In this document: piece by piece, positions 25,477-38,966 of the stretch | Position numbering within the stretch: the first letter of the stretch is position 1 | Layout: every line of letters starts with the position of its first letter | Origin: Chiloscyllium plagiosum | Lineage: Eukaryota | DNA length: 64,000 nucleotides | Reading direction: 5' to 3' | Assembly (NCBI RefSeq): GCF_004010195.1 | Contig: NC_057718.1 | Span: 60,646,795 to 60,710,794 of the forward strand | The notes under the pieces: generated by a model | What the model saw: only the letters and a program-made list of their open reading frames with translations | Told to the model about the DNA's origin: nothing | Databases searched by the model: none | Made by a program: the position numbers and the translations under genes

Positions 25477-26321
25477 CATAAGGGAGCAAAGGTCAATGAG
25501 TACTGTTGGAGATGTGAGGGAATATGCAATGTCAGGGATGAGCAAATTGGGGGGTTGAGCAGTGTCAAGAGTGAACAAATGAACATTACTGAGGGTAGGC
25601 ATTGTGGGCAGTGTGGGGGACCGTGCATTGTCGAGGAAGAGGGAATAGAGGAAGTGAGTCTTGTCTAGGATTACAAATCTATTTAAAAACTCTGCAGTTC
25701 AATTACCAAAGACAGAAATTAAATGAATGTGTCTTCAGTCGATAAAGAAAAAGAGAATGTAGCTCCATTATTGCCACATTTCAGCACTTGGCTACTTGGA
25801 CTACGCTCATCTCTTGATTCTAACAGGAAATTACTGGAAGTGTGAGCTGATAATAGCACAGTGAGGACAACACAGTACCTTATCTCCTTAACTGAAGAAA
25901 TTTAAGAATTATGAATGAAACAGAGAATTCACAGAGAAGGTTTACTTGGAGACAACAAATTTGAGTTGAATCAGATGCATAACAACACAAAAAGTAAGGG
26001 CAAGAAACATTGAATAGGAGAGAACCACAAAAGTTTTGGAAAATAGATAAAAACTTGCAACATTCTTAGTTGTTTAATAGTTTTAACTTGTAAGAATTGA
26101 CTGCATGCAGGCATGAAACCCAACAGCTTAAATAGTTCCCTTTCTAGGCTGGTGTAAGTTGGCATGGCAGGTACAATTATCCAATTATCGCTTTGTGAGA
26201 AAGGTATTTACATGGTGAATATGAATCCTAACTTACTGCAGACAGTTAAATGGAGAATATTCACATGTAGATCCAATAAGTTCTTATAAGTAACAGGGAG
26301 GTTGAAGGCAAGCTGCTGTTC

Positions 26322-26561
26322 GATCAGATTAAATACCCTACAATATGGAAACAGGCCCTTCGGCCCATCAAGTCCACACTGACCTTCTGAAGACCAACCT
26401 CTAATGCACCTGGTCTGCACATTGTCACATTGCAGGAGGAAACCAGACCATCCAAAGGAAATCCAAAGAGACACAAGGAGAACTTGCAAACACCTCACAG
26501 ACAATCACCCAAGGCAGGAATTGAACTTGGGTCCCTAGCAATGCGAGTCACCATGCCACCC
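26322..26561 (-). mobile_element. HE1-like SINE, internally deleted
   Basis: Reverse complement of the SINE head and ggcccttcggccc tail. Confidence 0.85.
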
Positions 26562-28908
26562 AAAAAGGATGAAACAAAAGCATAGTAGCATTGACTCGCA
26601 GGTCATGGAAATCAGCAGTTTTTGTCTTCACCTGGAATTAATCAGTTGGGCCATTAATTATTTTGTGAGTCAGGAACTTTTGGTTATTTGCCCCAAAAAA
26701 ATTAGTCCTAAATTTTACATCAACAGTATTCGGAGATTATTACGACTAAACCAAGCTCTTAAAGTCAAATGCTAAAGATCTACTTTTGAGGTAAATTGAA
26801 CTTGGTTCAGAAGATTCGATCAGTTAAAAATGTTCACTACAGCTTCCTTCCTGGTACACATGACACACGCACTGTTAATAGAAGCTTGTCAGCATTGCTG
26901 ATGTTCTCTGATGCTTTGTATATTCAGAGCCTTTGAATGAAGGTGAGCTATCACAAGTGAAAAGCTATTTTCTCTGGGAGCATTAACATTTGAAAAGCAT
27001 AAGCATTCTTTTCAATCTATAAATCATCCAGCATAAATCACTTCCTGATTACATTACAACTACCTTGTCATCAGAATGCAGTATCTTGTCTTCATGATCA
27101 TAGCTACAGAATTTGCAGCAATAACTGCTCTTCCCATATTTACACCAGCATTGCCAGATCTATCCTTAGTCCCTCCTTTCCCTTATTTATTTACTGTCTC
27201 TCAGCAGCATTATCCACGAGCATGGAGCAACCTTCCATGTGGCAAACTATTGACACCCAGCTCTAATTCTCTGCCATTTTTCAGGATTAATCAAATGCAT
27301 CTGTACTGTCAGACCATCCCTCACATATTCATTCTTGCACAAGTCACAATATTCTTCAGCAAAGCTTTTGAAAAGACTAAACCTGTTTCTTTTGATCCCC
27401 AACAAGAATTCTCTCCCCTACCAACAAATCAATTTGCCTTTCATGTCACAGTTTCAACTTAAATCAGACTGTTCATAGCTCAGTGCATTTTTCTGGCTAT
27501 AAGCTAAACTTCTGATCCTATATGCTCTGTATGAAAAAGACTACCCACTTCTAACTTTGTAAGGTCACTTGCTTCTGCTTCACCATTGCAATCCTCATCA
27601 ATATTTCTGTCACTTAAAGATCCTATTACCCCAATGCTCTCCTGTCCAGCCCAGTTACAGGACAAAGATCCTGATGCATGCTTTACATGATTGGGAACTA
27701 TCCATTCCAGAGTAAGGGATCTTTAGAAAGGACAAAGAAGTTGATGTAGACAGGTGCTTTGCCATTTAAACACAGTAGGAAGATTTCTAATAAAGATGAT
27801 GAGATAGTAGATGGATAGAGTTAGGGCACAGCAGACATTGGAAGATACTGGTTGTTCTTCACAACTCCTGACAGTAATGGTGATGTTTATATGTACAGAA
27901 AACAGAGAAGAATGTTAATGCAAAGCTATGTTCATCATGAGAGAATTTCACTTTCACATAGATTGGGAAACATGTAACCAGTACAACAGTAAAGGGAATG
28001 ACTTTTTAGATGCTATTGAGATCCACGTTGTAGCACTATTCAGACTTTTAGGTCATCGGTTAGCAGAGCTTGCTGGTTGGTCCTTAATCCAACCATCCCC
28101 ATTCAGGTTTGATCCAATGTCTAGATCCAGGCCTTTGGGCGTCATACTCTCAAGTTAATAGATTCTGCAGAAAGATGCAATTGGAATAGGAGAGGGATGT
28201 TTCAATGATAATAACATTACAACTCAGCAATTACTACAATAAGTGAATGTTAAGTCTTTATTTTGTTTTCTATTTGTGAAACAGGTCCTCACCAAAAAAA
28301 ACAACACAACGTTTAAGCAGTTCAGAAGAGGACATGGCTTTGAACAGGTCCAAAAATCACACACAGCAATAGGTTCATTAACTCCATAGATGGAATGTTC
28401 TTTTGAGAGAACCATTTAACCCTTAACATTCCTCACATTATACTTGGAAGTAATGCAGGCAATCTCAGCTCTGGGGAATTCACATCTCCATCTGTATCTT
28501 ACAGTGTACACCAGGTACTCATGTACTGTGCTACTGTCTCTGAATTCTTCTCTCCTGCTGGAGGAGAATAGGCAAAATAAATACAGACGTGTCCATTTGT
28601 GGATCGAAAGGGCGGTGACTACATAAGGCTCCTCATCCACTTCAAACAACAGACCACAGAGCTGGCAGGAGATGAAGGGGGATATGTGCTTACTGATGGG
28701 GATATGTAGGGATATGTGAGGGCATATATGGGGATATAGGGAGATTGGATATCAACAGCCAGCTAGTGTGAAAACCTTCAGTTATTCCCAGTTGCATATG
28801 CAGCAGCAATCTTGGATGGTTCATGGTTTCTGATAGGACTAAATCTTCTCATTTTACTTTTCAGCCTCCAGATCCCATTCCCCAAACCCAGACAAAGAGG
28901 TTTATTGT

Positions 28909-29126
28909 TGAGAGTGTGGTGCTGAAAAAGCACAGCAGGTCAGGCAGCATCTGAGGAGCAGGAGAATTGACATTTCGGGCAAAAGCCCTTCAGCGATCGT
29001 TCCTGATTAAGTGCTTTTGCCTGAAACATCAATTCTCCTGCTCCTTGGATGCTGCCTGACCTGCTGTGCTTTTCCATAATCACATTCTCGACTCTAATCT
29101 CCAGCATCTGCAGGCCTCACTTTGGC
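28909..29126 (+). mobile_element. Palindromic hammerhead-family element, decayed cores
   Basis: Inverted arms; 16-bp TSD with two mismatches at 28893-28908 and 29127-29142. Confidence 0.9.
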
Positions 29127-29963
29127 CAAAGAAGCTTATTGTCCCAGGCATCGTCAGCTTTTTCATCATGCCCCCATCTTCCAAAGGGGTGAGGGAGATA
29201 CCATTAGGCACTGACTGTGAGGGAATGGAACATTGGCACCAGGGACTCATGTCAGGACCCTTCTGAAGTGCCCTGCAACACCAAGGTCCAATCACGATGC
29301 AGTGGCAGTAAATGAAAACAACATTGAAGTCCTTCTTGGCTATTGTCCTACTAAACAACCCTCAGTACTATATTACTTTAGTCCATTTTAATCTGTTAAT
29401 ATATCTGACTGTTCATGTTTTCCTTGTAGAATGCTTTGAGGGGCAATAATGACCCTGGATACTTGTGTGAGCAGCAGTGTAAAGAGCATTGAATCTCTCA
29501 TTCATTGCTATCCTCTGAGAGAAACATAACTTCCGAAAAGTGGGAAGTTAAAGATACATGCTTCATGTTATGACAGTCAGTTAGCATTTTTCTACCACTC
29601 CATGAGTGTTGATACCCCTTTCAAATACAGGCTTGAAGCATGGTCTTCATTTAAGTTTGCAGATTGCCATTCTGATCCCCTGGCCAGGAAGCTGAACAAG
29701 AGATTGTTGGTGCAAAGGGAGCCAATTCAATTACAATCATTGACAATCACAGTATCTTAATGTTTGACATTTACAAAGCAAGCCTTTCCTTGAGGGAAGA
29801 AACAGCTCTGTACCACAATTAGTTAATGCCTCTGATTGTCCACATATGTTAATGCAAAGAAATTTGCCTCAAATCAAGCTGCTGTCAGGCTATCACGAGC
29901 CTGTCTGCTTCATTTCAGTATTGCATTGGTTTCCTCAGCATTTCCGTTGATCTCCCCTCTTCC

Positions 29964-31165
29964 TTATCTGAGGAGGCATACGGCTGGTCCAGCTTCCTCA
30001 TCTTCTAAGTTCTCAATCTTGCCAATTGAATTAAGTTGTGTGGGATGCAGCAAACAATCACTACCCTGTCCACCAAGTGCTAAAGAGCTTTCCCCTGAGC
30101 ATTTCAGATACCAGAAGCATATCTTCAGAAGATAAATTGTCTGTTCAGTGATTAACATTGGTGGGTGTATCGCAGTCTGAGGGTTGTACACAGGGCTCAT
30201 TAAGCATGATTCTGGAGTATTCCTTGTCACTCATAAGTCAATCTTGGAGATGATGCAGAATTGTAAACATGCAGGAGTCTGGCAGTTAGGAACCTCAGGA
30301 GGCTCAGGAAATTTGACACATCCACAAGGATTCTGATCAATTTTTATAGGTGCACCACAGAAAGCATCCTTTCTGAATGGATAACAGTGTGGTTTGACAA
30401 CTGCTCTTTCCAAGACCACTAGAAACTACAGAGAGTCATGAAGATAGCCCAGTCCATCACACAAACCAGCCATTAACTCTATCAATACTTCCTGCCACCT
30501 CAGGAAAGTGACCGATATAATCAAAGACCCCTCTCACCCTGGTTATACTGTCTTCCATCCTGTTTTGTTGGAGGTTTGTCTACGCATATGAATAGATTCA
30601 AGAACAGCTTCATTGTTGTCAGATTCTTGAACGGACCTCTCAGTTAATGCAGATCTTTCTTTCTGCATCTTTGCTGTGGTTGTAACACTGTATTCTATAC
30701 TCTGTTCTGCTACCCTGATGCACTTTATTACAGTCTGTCTGTATAACACACAAAACAACACTTCTCACTGTATGTCAATACATGTGACCACAGTAAGTCA
30801 ATCAATAAATCAATTAGTTGTGCAAAATGTAAATATCATCACAGTAACCTAGATAGTAGAGTGCACACCGATAGAAATTATTGCTTGTGGTCATAAATGA
30901 GCTGGACCTTGAGGAGTGAAATCCCTCTCCGTTCATGCGTAATGATGCTGTAGAGTTTGAGTGCACCATATGTGTCACTGCTGGCCCCTTGTACCTGAGG
31001 GAAACCAGTGATGGCTGCTAATCCCACAGCTCAGGGAAGTTCACTGTCTTGGCCTATGCTGAATTGGACAAATTGCCCTCCCAAATGTGCATTCATGAGT
31101 TCACTAATGTCCTTCATACAAAAGCATTACAGTGCTGCTGTGATCTTCAGTGCTGCAAACAGTTG
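29964..31165 (-). mobile_element. Harbinger (HARBI1-like) DDE transposase relic, split by a LINE tail
   Basis: GFPQVQGA, KVQLIYDH, LMSDKEY, LMSPVYNPQT, EQTIYLLKICFWYL follow the HARBI1 motif order. Confidence 0.8.
30299..30812 (+). mobile_element. Rex1/Babar-like LINE 3' fragment
   Basis: Same family as 10740-11400 in the opposite orientation; ends in a (TCAA)-like tail. Confidence 0.75.
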
Positions 31166-31194
31166 TGCTGCCTCCCAAGCTGTATATTTACAAA

Positions 31195-31305
31195 ATAAAT
31201 GACAGAAAGAGCTGGAGAAACTCAGCAGGTTTGGCAGCATCTGTAGAGAGAGAGAAAAACAGAGTTAATATTTCAAGTTTGATATGGCTATTCTTCAGAA
31301 CTGAT
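31195..31305 (-). mobile_element. Short element with CTGAAGA-type hammerhead-like core
   Basis: Minus strand reads agttCTGAAGAatagccatatcaaacttGAAAtattaact. Confidence 0.6.
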
Positions 31306-32417
31306 CTTATGAACTGTGTGCTTGCTAATGTAATGTTTGTACATAAACTAGCTCCTAGTTTCTGTGGTGCAAGAAATAATACATGTCGTCATGTTTGGAT
31401 TTTGGAACACATATGGTTCCCATTTTTGAATAACAAAGTTGTGTCAGTGAATGTAATTCAAGCAAGTTATGTTGTTAATGAATACTCATGCCATGCTGAT
31501 AAATGTTAAAGAGCTGCCTGGACCATGAGGATTGGTAAAGTCAACCAGTCTGAAAGTTTCTGAGAATTTAAAAGCAAAATTATAATCTGCTGTTGGACAA
31601 GTGAAGTTTTACCTTACTGCCTCATAACATTCCCCTGCCTGCCTGTCAGAACTTTCTCGGAGACCCTGGAAAAGTTTGCTGCATGTGTAAAGATGCCCTT
31701 CAAACAGTTTATACTATGTTTGGAAGGATAGCAACTGTATGATTGGCTGCTAGGTAACAAAACTGCTTGAGGGTATGACAGTTTGGCCAGAAGCTATCAT
31801 ACTTCCACAGTAAAAAGAAACCTCAAACCTGAAAAAAGCCAATTAGTTTACCTGTATCAGTTGCAGTGAGCTGTGATTCTTAATCAACAAGTCAGACACT
31901 TCATAAGTGTGAACTAGTTATTCTGTGCCTCATGAAAACAAACAAAAGTAACTGAAGAAAGAAGAATGAGGAGCAGCAATTCAAAAAGATCATGAAGCCT
32001 GGTTTCTCTGCAGTGTCCCAAGAAGAAAGTTCGGGGATCCTGTTTGGGGCTCCTCTTTCCTAAGAGTGCCTGCTGGGATCACCCTGTTTCCCTGGCATGA
32101 AGTAGAGGTGTCTCATCTTCTTCTTGCCTTACCACTAATTCTAAGAGAGTGCTGAACCTGAGTCTCCATGACGATTGCCAACCTCTTCATAGACACAGCC
32201 AGATGCATTCAGTTCAGAGCCTCTCATTGTGGACTGTCTCATTCGTCTTACTGACTGCCTGATATTCCTGTGAGTATCTATGCATTTTGGCAAAATCATT
32301 AAATGGTGAGACCATGTAAACAACTTCTGCCAGGGACTAACCTGTGATTTTGGCCATTCTCTGAATGCTGGAGACCTGGGGACTTTCTTTCTCGACAAGC
32401 ACAGAGACATGTTGGTG

Positions 32418-32476
32418 TTTTTCCAGCACTACATTTTTCAACTCTGGTCTCCACCATCTGCAGTCCTCACTTTCTC
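32418..32476 (+). mobile_element. Tail-only copy of the hammerhead family with 22-bp TSD
   Basis: caagcacagagacatgttggtg at 32396-32417 and 32477-32498. Confidence 0.9.
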
Positions 32477-32889
32477 CAAGCACAGAGACATGTTGGTGAA
32501 GCGCTCACCAGATTGTGAGCTACACAAAGAGCATCCACTGAGGTGGAAGTTTTGAACTGATGAGAGGTGCAGGTGAATACTAATGGCTTCTACTTCAGAG
32601 ATGAATCAGAGGGTCTTCAGCTACTTTGGGATGGAGGTTCGCTGGGTGCTGCTAAGTCAGTTCTGAAAAACACTCGTACTGATCTCAACCTGTACTCTGC
32701 TTTTCTCTCTCTCCACAGATACTGCCAGGCACATTGAGTTTCTCCAGCATTCTCTGTGTTTTGTTTTTAATCAAAGGTAGTCTGATTTCTTTAGTTGGAG
32801 GTCTTGGGGAGATTTTGTCTCTTGACCCCAGTGGTCATAGAAGTGTCAGAGTGAATACTGAGATGATGGATGAACATAGTAGTCCATTT

Positions 32890-33298
32890 CTATTCTGTTC
32901 GTTGGAGAGTAGGAGGTTGATGGCTGACCTTATAGAGGTTTATAAAATACAGGAGGTTAAGATAGGGTAAATGGTAGGTGTCTTTTCCCTAGTTGGGTGA
33001 TTTCAAGACTAAGCACAACATTATTGAGGTGAGAGGAGAAATATTTAAAAACAAACATGAGGCACAAATCTTTTACATAGACGGTGCCTCGCATGGAGAA
33101 AGAACTTCCTGAAGATGTGCTGGATGTGGGCATAGTTACAACGTTTAAAAGACATTTGGTAAATACATGAATGGGAAAGATTTTGAGGGATATGGGCCAG
33201 GGGCAGGCAGATGGAGCTAGTTTAGTTTGGGATTATGTTAGGCATGGCCTGATTGGACTGAATGGTCTGTTTCCATGCTGTATAACTCTATGACTCTA
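32890..33298 (+). mobile_element. CR1 3' fragment
   Basis: SLESRRLMADLIEVYKI and ctctatgactcta tail. Confidence 0.9.
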
Positions 33299-33779
33299 GG
33301 TCAGTGAATCCTGTGGACGGAGACCACCTTCCCAGTCTTTCTTTCCATCCATACCATTCATGTAGTTTTGTCTCTGCGTGTATGTGTGTGGTGAGAGAGT
33401 TTCATCATGTGGAAGTTTTAACTCTTAGTAAAATGTCAATGGTTAATAATTGCTCATTTGTAGCAAGAATCTATTTATTTGTAATAAATAACAGTCATTG
33501 TTACATAGAGAAACCTGATCTCGGTCTTCTGTCAACTTGGCTCTGAAAGACAAGGGAAATTTGGGAATTGTGAGGTCTATTCTGAAATCTTTTACTTTTT
33601 GATGATGCCAAAAATAATGAGACATAGTTTCCAGTGTGTTACGAAGAAGGCACAATAAATTCCAAGTGATCAATGAGCTCACATATACACTGCATGCTGG
33701 AACTATGCGCAGCACTGACTCTGCTTGGTCAAAATATGGCCTACCCTGAAATGTTTTGAGATCGGAGCTATAATCTGCT

Positions 33780-34120
33780 GATTAAATGGTCAGTAATTAG
33801 GGGTCACAATTTCAAGATAGTCAGCGAGAGAGCTAAGAGTGAGATGAGGAGAAACCACAATACTGAGAGAGTTATTAGGATTTGGAATGCACTGCCTGGG
33901 AGAGGGATGGGGACAGATTCCATGGGAGGTTTCAAAAGAGAGTTGGATATATATATATGAAAGTGATTAATTTAGGGGGGCTATGGAGATAGGGCTGAAG
34001 AATGTGATTAGGTAGGTAACTCTTTCAAGAGCCAGTACTGACACGATGACTCAAATGGCCTCTTTCTCCACTGTTAAAATAATATGATTGATTACTTACG
34101 ATGAATGAATGAATGAATCA
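33780..34120 (+). mobile_element. CR1 3' fragment with (ATGA)n end
   Basis: RGHNFKI and WNALP motifs. Confidence 0.75.
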
Positions 34121-35329
34121 TAATTATCTTGACATGGTAAAAATAAGCAAAGCACTTTGGTTTTTGATTATGACAGTGAGAACTATATCATGCGATTGCT
34201 ATAGGTGCACATGATTTCAATCTCTACCACTGATGGAGATATTTCTGTAGGTCAGTCGGCTTTCAGATGTACTCAGTGCTGACACCAGCCTGAGGTTCTC
34301 AAATGTAATATAAAGTAGCACATGTTGGATCTGTACAATTAATATCAATTGCTGTTTATGAGAAAGTGCTAAATTGTAATTATAGTCAGGAGGTCATGAA
34401 GAGAATGGAAAAGATTTGGATAAATCCCAGGGACTGAAAAGCTGAACATTCGCTAGTGTCTAAGTGTTTAAATCAATCCATGAATGTAAGCAGCACCTGC
34501 TCATATAATTATCAATTCATCAATTAAAATATTTATACTTTTTGGTCAGACAGACAGAAGATATTTCCTTGCATATCTTTTATTGTGTTAATGACAATTA
34601 TCATTTAGAATAGTGTTCTTAAATAGATTTCCACCAATGGTGTCTGGCAGACTGATTAATATATTCTATCGGGAAATTTTTAAGTTATATTGAAGATGCA
34701 TTAGTGAATCACGAGTAAGATTTGAATAACAATTTTTGCTCACATTGTCTACATGCTAAAAATATAGCATTTGAACCTCATGCAAAGACACTTGGTCTGG
34801 AAATAACTTACATACGTTATCCCTTAAAGATGAACATTTTGGCAAGATAACATTGTGACTCTGTTATGAATGGTTTCTCTGCAGTTGACGAGAGTTCAAG
34901 ATGTGCAAAATATTTTCACCTTTTGGGTGTTAATTGTTGTGGAAGGAATGACAAAAGAGCAACTGGAGAATTAAAGATTTTATTTTGCCCATTCTTGTAA
35001 GTGCTGAGACGAGTAATCCAGAGTGTCAGACTGGCTATATACTGTGAAATACCTTTAACCGCAGGGTCACAAATTTTTAGTGAAGATCAAGATAACTACT
35101 GAAATACAGTCACTAACAGGACAATTACTGTTGTAAAATATTATCATTTTCCCTCAATCCTGGGGCACAAAAGCCAGGAAGAATGAAAATGGTCAGACAT
35201 TGTTGGGGCTCACCATTTAGCAATTAACTGGAAATTTTAAAGTTTTACAGAGAATCCGTAGCTTCAATAGAAACACAGGCCAGATCAAATAATATTTCTC
35301 ACCTCCTGCTTTATTTCTTAAGAATACAG

Positions 35330-36870
35330 TGCACAGTTCTGGTCTCCATTCTACAAAACTGCCAAATAAATACTGATGGAAGTGCAAATAAGATTTTTAA
35401 GGATAGCACCAGAGCTAAGAGATTACAATGATCAGGAAAGATTTGAAAGGTTAGAGCATTTTATCTATAGATGAGAGAAGACTTGGAGGTGACCTAATTT
35501 GCTCTTTAAAATAGTGACTGAGCTGGTCAAGTTAGGTGAAGAGGGAATGCTGTCCCCAGGAAATAGCAAGCTGTGATCTGTGTTTAAGTTTTGGAATGAA
35601 GGATAGTAGATTGTGGAATTCTCCAAGGGTCAGAAACTGGGATCACTTTTTGGTTTGATTCATTTGAATGAGTTGACAATTTGAATATGGAATAAAATTT
35701 CAAACTTTTCTGATGATAACAAATTGGTTGAATGGCAAATAGCAAAAATAATACAAATTGACTGCAAAAGGACATCAATTGGCTTTCAGAACAAGCAGCC
35801 AAGGGGCAAATTGGATTTAATGAAGATGGATGTGAGGTGTTGCATTTAGGCAGGAGTGAGTGAAGAAAACTGCTGGTTCAGAAGAGAATGCAGGACAAAG
35901 GGATTCGTGGTTCATGTGAATAGATTTTCACAGGCAGCGGAATGATTTGAGAGAATAATTAGTCTGATAAATAGAAGCATTCGGACAAAAGCAGAGCAGT
36001 TATATTGTATCTTCGCAATTCTCTAGCTAGGCCAAGGCTATTATTCTAGGAGAAAATGAGGACTACAGATGCTGGAGATCAGAGTCGAGAGTGTGGTGCT
36101 TAAAAAGCACAGAAGGTCAAGCAGCATCTGAGGAGCAGGAAAATCGATGTTTTGGGCATAAGCCCTTCAACAAGAGTTCCTGATGAAGGCTTTTGCCCGA
36201 AATATTGATTCTCCTGCTCTCCGGATGCTGCCTGACCTGATGAGCTTTTCCAGCACCATACTCTTGACTAAGATTATTATTCTACCTCCCATGTATCTAG
36301 GAATCAGTGGATAATTATGGAAATCCTTCTATTATCTCCATCCCACTTCCTTTAGAGACCTGGGATGCAATAATCAGGACCAAGTCACTTTACCACTTCA
36401 GAAAGGAGGGTCTTTGAGAGGGTGATGAGGAGATTTGACTGGTTTCTGAGGTGATGGATTTTGGCTACCATGTTAGTTTGGAGAAGCTATGATTCCTCAG
36501 AGCCAAGAAGATTGTGATGGAGATCTGATAGAGATGCATCAGGTTATGACAAGCTTAAGTAATGTCTTTCTATTGCCTGATGCTACAAGGCAGCACAGAT
36601 CGAAGGTTTTGGGCAAGAGGTAGATGGAAGATGTGAGGAAGATTAGTTTTTCTGCAATGAGTTGTAATGATCTGGAACTTACTGGCTCTGAGCATGGTAG
36701 AAGTAGAATTGATCAATGATTCAAAGATAAATTGCATAGACATGAGGAAAGTTAACACATAAGATTAGGAGCATTTAGCAGAGGGATAGGATTGATTGGA
36801 TTGCTTTACAGAGATTTAACATGGTCTCAAAAGCTGCATTCCTTTTATGTGTATTGTATTAACTCCATGG
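35330..36870 (+). mobile_element. Degenerate CR1 ORF2 fragments
   Basis: GILQGS, CEVLHL, GDLI and WNL motifs in broken frames. Confidence 0.65.
36049..36269 (-). mobile_element. Palindromic hammerhead-family element
   Basis: CTGATGA at 36180-36186 and GAAA; 15-bp TSD with two mismatches at 36034-36048 and 36270-36284. Confidence 0.9.
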
Positions 36871-37429
36871 TTTAAGTTATACTTTGCTCAAAGGAAGTTG
36901 AACATGTTTGTTAGAGGTTCATCACCTGAACTACAGAACATCACTGCAGGGGTTTGTCAGGTACTGAGCTAAACACATTTAGTTGCTTCATCAATGATCT
37001 TTTCTCCAACATAAGATGACAGATAGGGATGCTGACTGATGATTGCACAGAAAGACCTGGATAACATTCAGTATAGGGCTCATTGTGGCAAATATCATTA
37101 ATGATGGACAACTGTAAAACAATAACCACAACAAGATGAAATATAGCCATCTCTCCTTGATGTTCAATGGCATTGCCATTGCCAGATCCTTCACAATCAT
37201 ACAAGACATGGAGTTGTGGAGTACTGGCTTAATACCTTTAGACTCAGAACAGCTACTGAACATGAGCCCCCAAAAGGAACAATGTCATCGTGATGTCAGA
37301 TCACGTGAAACTGGGTCCTCCATCAGTAGGTCCATAATGATGTCCTACCTTGCCAGCTTCTATATAATTCAATATTCAATAATTCTCACTCATTAATGCT
37401 CACTCACATTAATGTCGAAATGACCTTAC

Positions 37430-38180
37430 CATCTATGTTTTCACACAGTGAATAGTTAGGATCGGGAATGCACTGACTGAAATTGTGTTGGAGGCGGATC
37501 TGATTGTGGTTTTCAAAAAACATTTGGATAAGTATCTGAAGAGGATAACCAGGCCTTATGGAGAATACAATTACTTTATCCCATAAACTATAACTTTTCT
37601 ATGTTTCTATGATATACACATCTTGTCATAGATGCACCATTAGCTTTGAGAATACAACTAAAATCTAACAGCCAGACTTAGCTTTTTACTCATCTTTGAT
37701 TTTTTTTTACCACTTCTAGGTGTTTTGTTCTCAGCACTAAGTCTTAAGAAGGATATAATATGTTGGAGGGGGTGCAATAAAGCTTCACTAGATTATTATC
37801 TGAACCCTAGGTTGCCTGAACTAGGCTTGTATTGCTTCAAGTATACAAGATGAGGCACTGATCTAATTGATACCTTTCTTTAAGATGATTAAAGGTAAAG
37901 GAGTTAAAGAGAAGCAATTCCAGAACATGGAGGAATAAGTTTAAAGGTAGAACTAGGCAGTTCAGCAATATTATCAGGAAGCACTTCTTCCACGAAAAAA
38001 AACTGTTGAGTTAAGGTCAATTTATCTGTTCAGAATATAGATTGATGTATTTTTGTTACGGATGGGTATTAAAGGATATACAACCAAGGCAACAGAGGGA
38101 TTTAAGATACTGATCAGCCAGGATCTAACATAATGGCAGTACAGACATGAGGGTTTGAATGGCCGACACCTGCTTCTATG
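37430..38180 (+). mobile_element. CR1 3' fragments
   Basis: ttcacacagtgaatagttagg and gatcagcca...ggtttgaatggcc tail sequences. Confidence 0.65.
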
Positions 38181-38798
38181 ATCCTCTCTTTGTTCCCAAT
38201 TCACAAAATAAATAGCTTATTGTTTTTGGTAATGAAAAACAGACAAAGGAATTTCATAGTGCTGCATTTAACTGTTCATACTAATGCTGCACAGCAGGTT
38301 TTCACCCCATAAATGTTTAAAATAGAAGATAGAATTGTGAAGCAATATCTACTTAATTGGCTGCTTATAAGATTTGCTATTATAAATATTGCAGACTGGC
38401 CTTCCAAATAAACATTATTGTGTCCCACTTCAGTTATTAAGATTTTGATTCACATTTTAAGGCAGTCTCATTCCTGTGAGATTCATATCTCTGCCAAACC
38501 TTGATGCCACAGCACATAAATTCAACTGATGACATCAGATATAATTATAACACTTTCTTTTAAACTAATGAAGATCTTACGCAATGGCCACCTTGGGGCT
38601 GATGTGCTGTGGCAGAAAGAAGGCCATCTCAACAGTCAGATGATGGACTAAAGCATTCTTCACATTAAGTAAGGGGACTATATACAACACTCAGATGAAG
38701 AAAAAAGATTCAGAAACATGCTCACAAACTCTGATTGTTAACTATTGTGAAATTGTTTGCAAAGAATAAAGCTTCAATACAATTACAGCTGTTTCAAT

Positions 38799-38966
38799 TG
38801 AAGAAAGTGAGGACTATAGATGCTGGAGCTCAGAGTCAAGAGTGTAGTGCTGGAAAAACACAGCAGGTCAGACCCTGATGAAGGGCTGGCTTATGCCTGA
38901 AACGCCGATTCTCCCGCTCCTTGGATGCTGCCTGACCTGCTGTGCTTTTCCAACACTACACTCTCA
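38799..38966 (-). mobile_element. Hammerhead-family element with short inverted arms
   Basis: CTGATGA at 38875-38881 and GAAACGCC; 14-bp TSD with two mismatches at 38785-38798 and 38967-38980. Confidence 0.9.
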
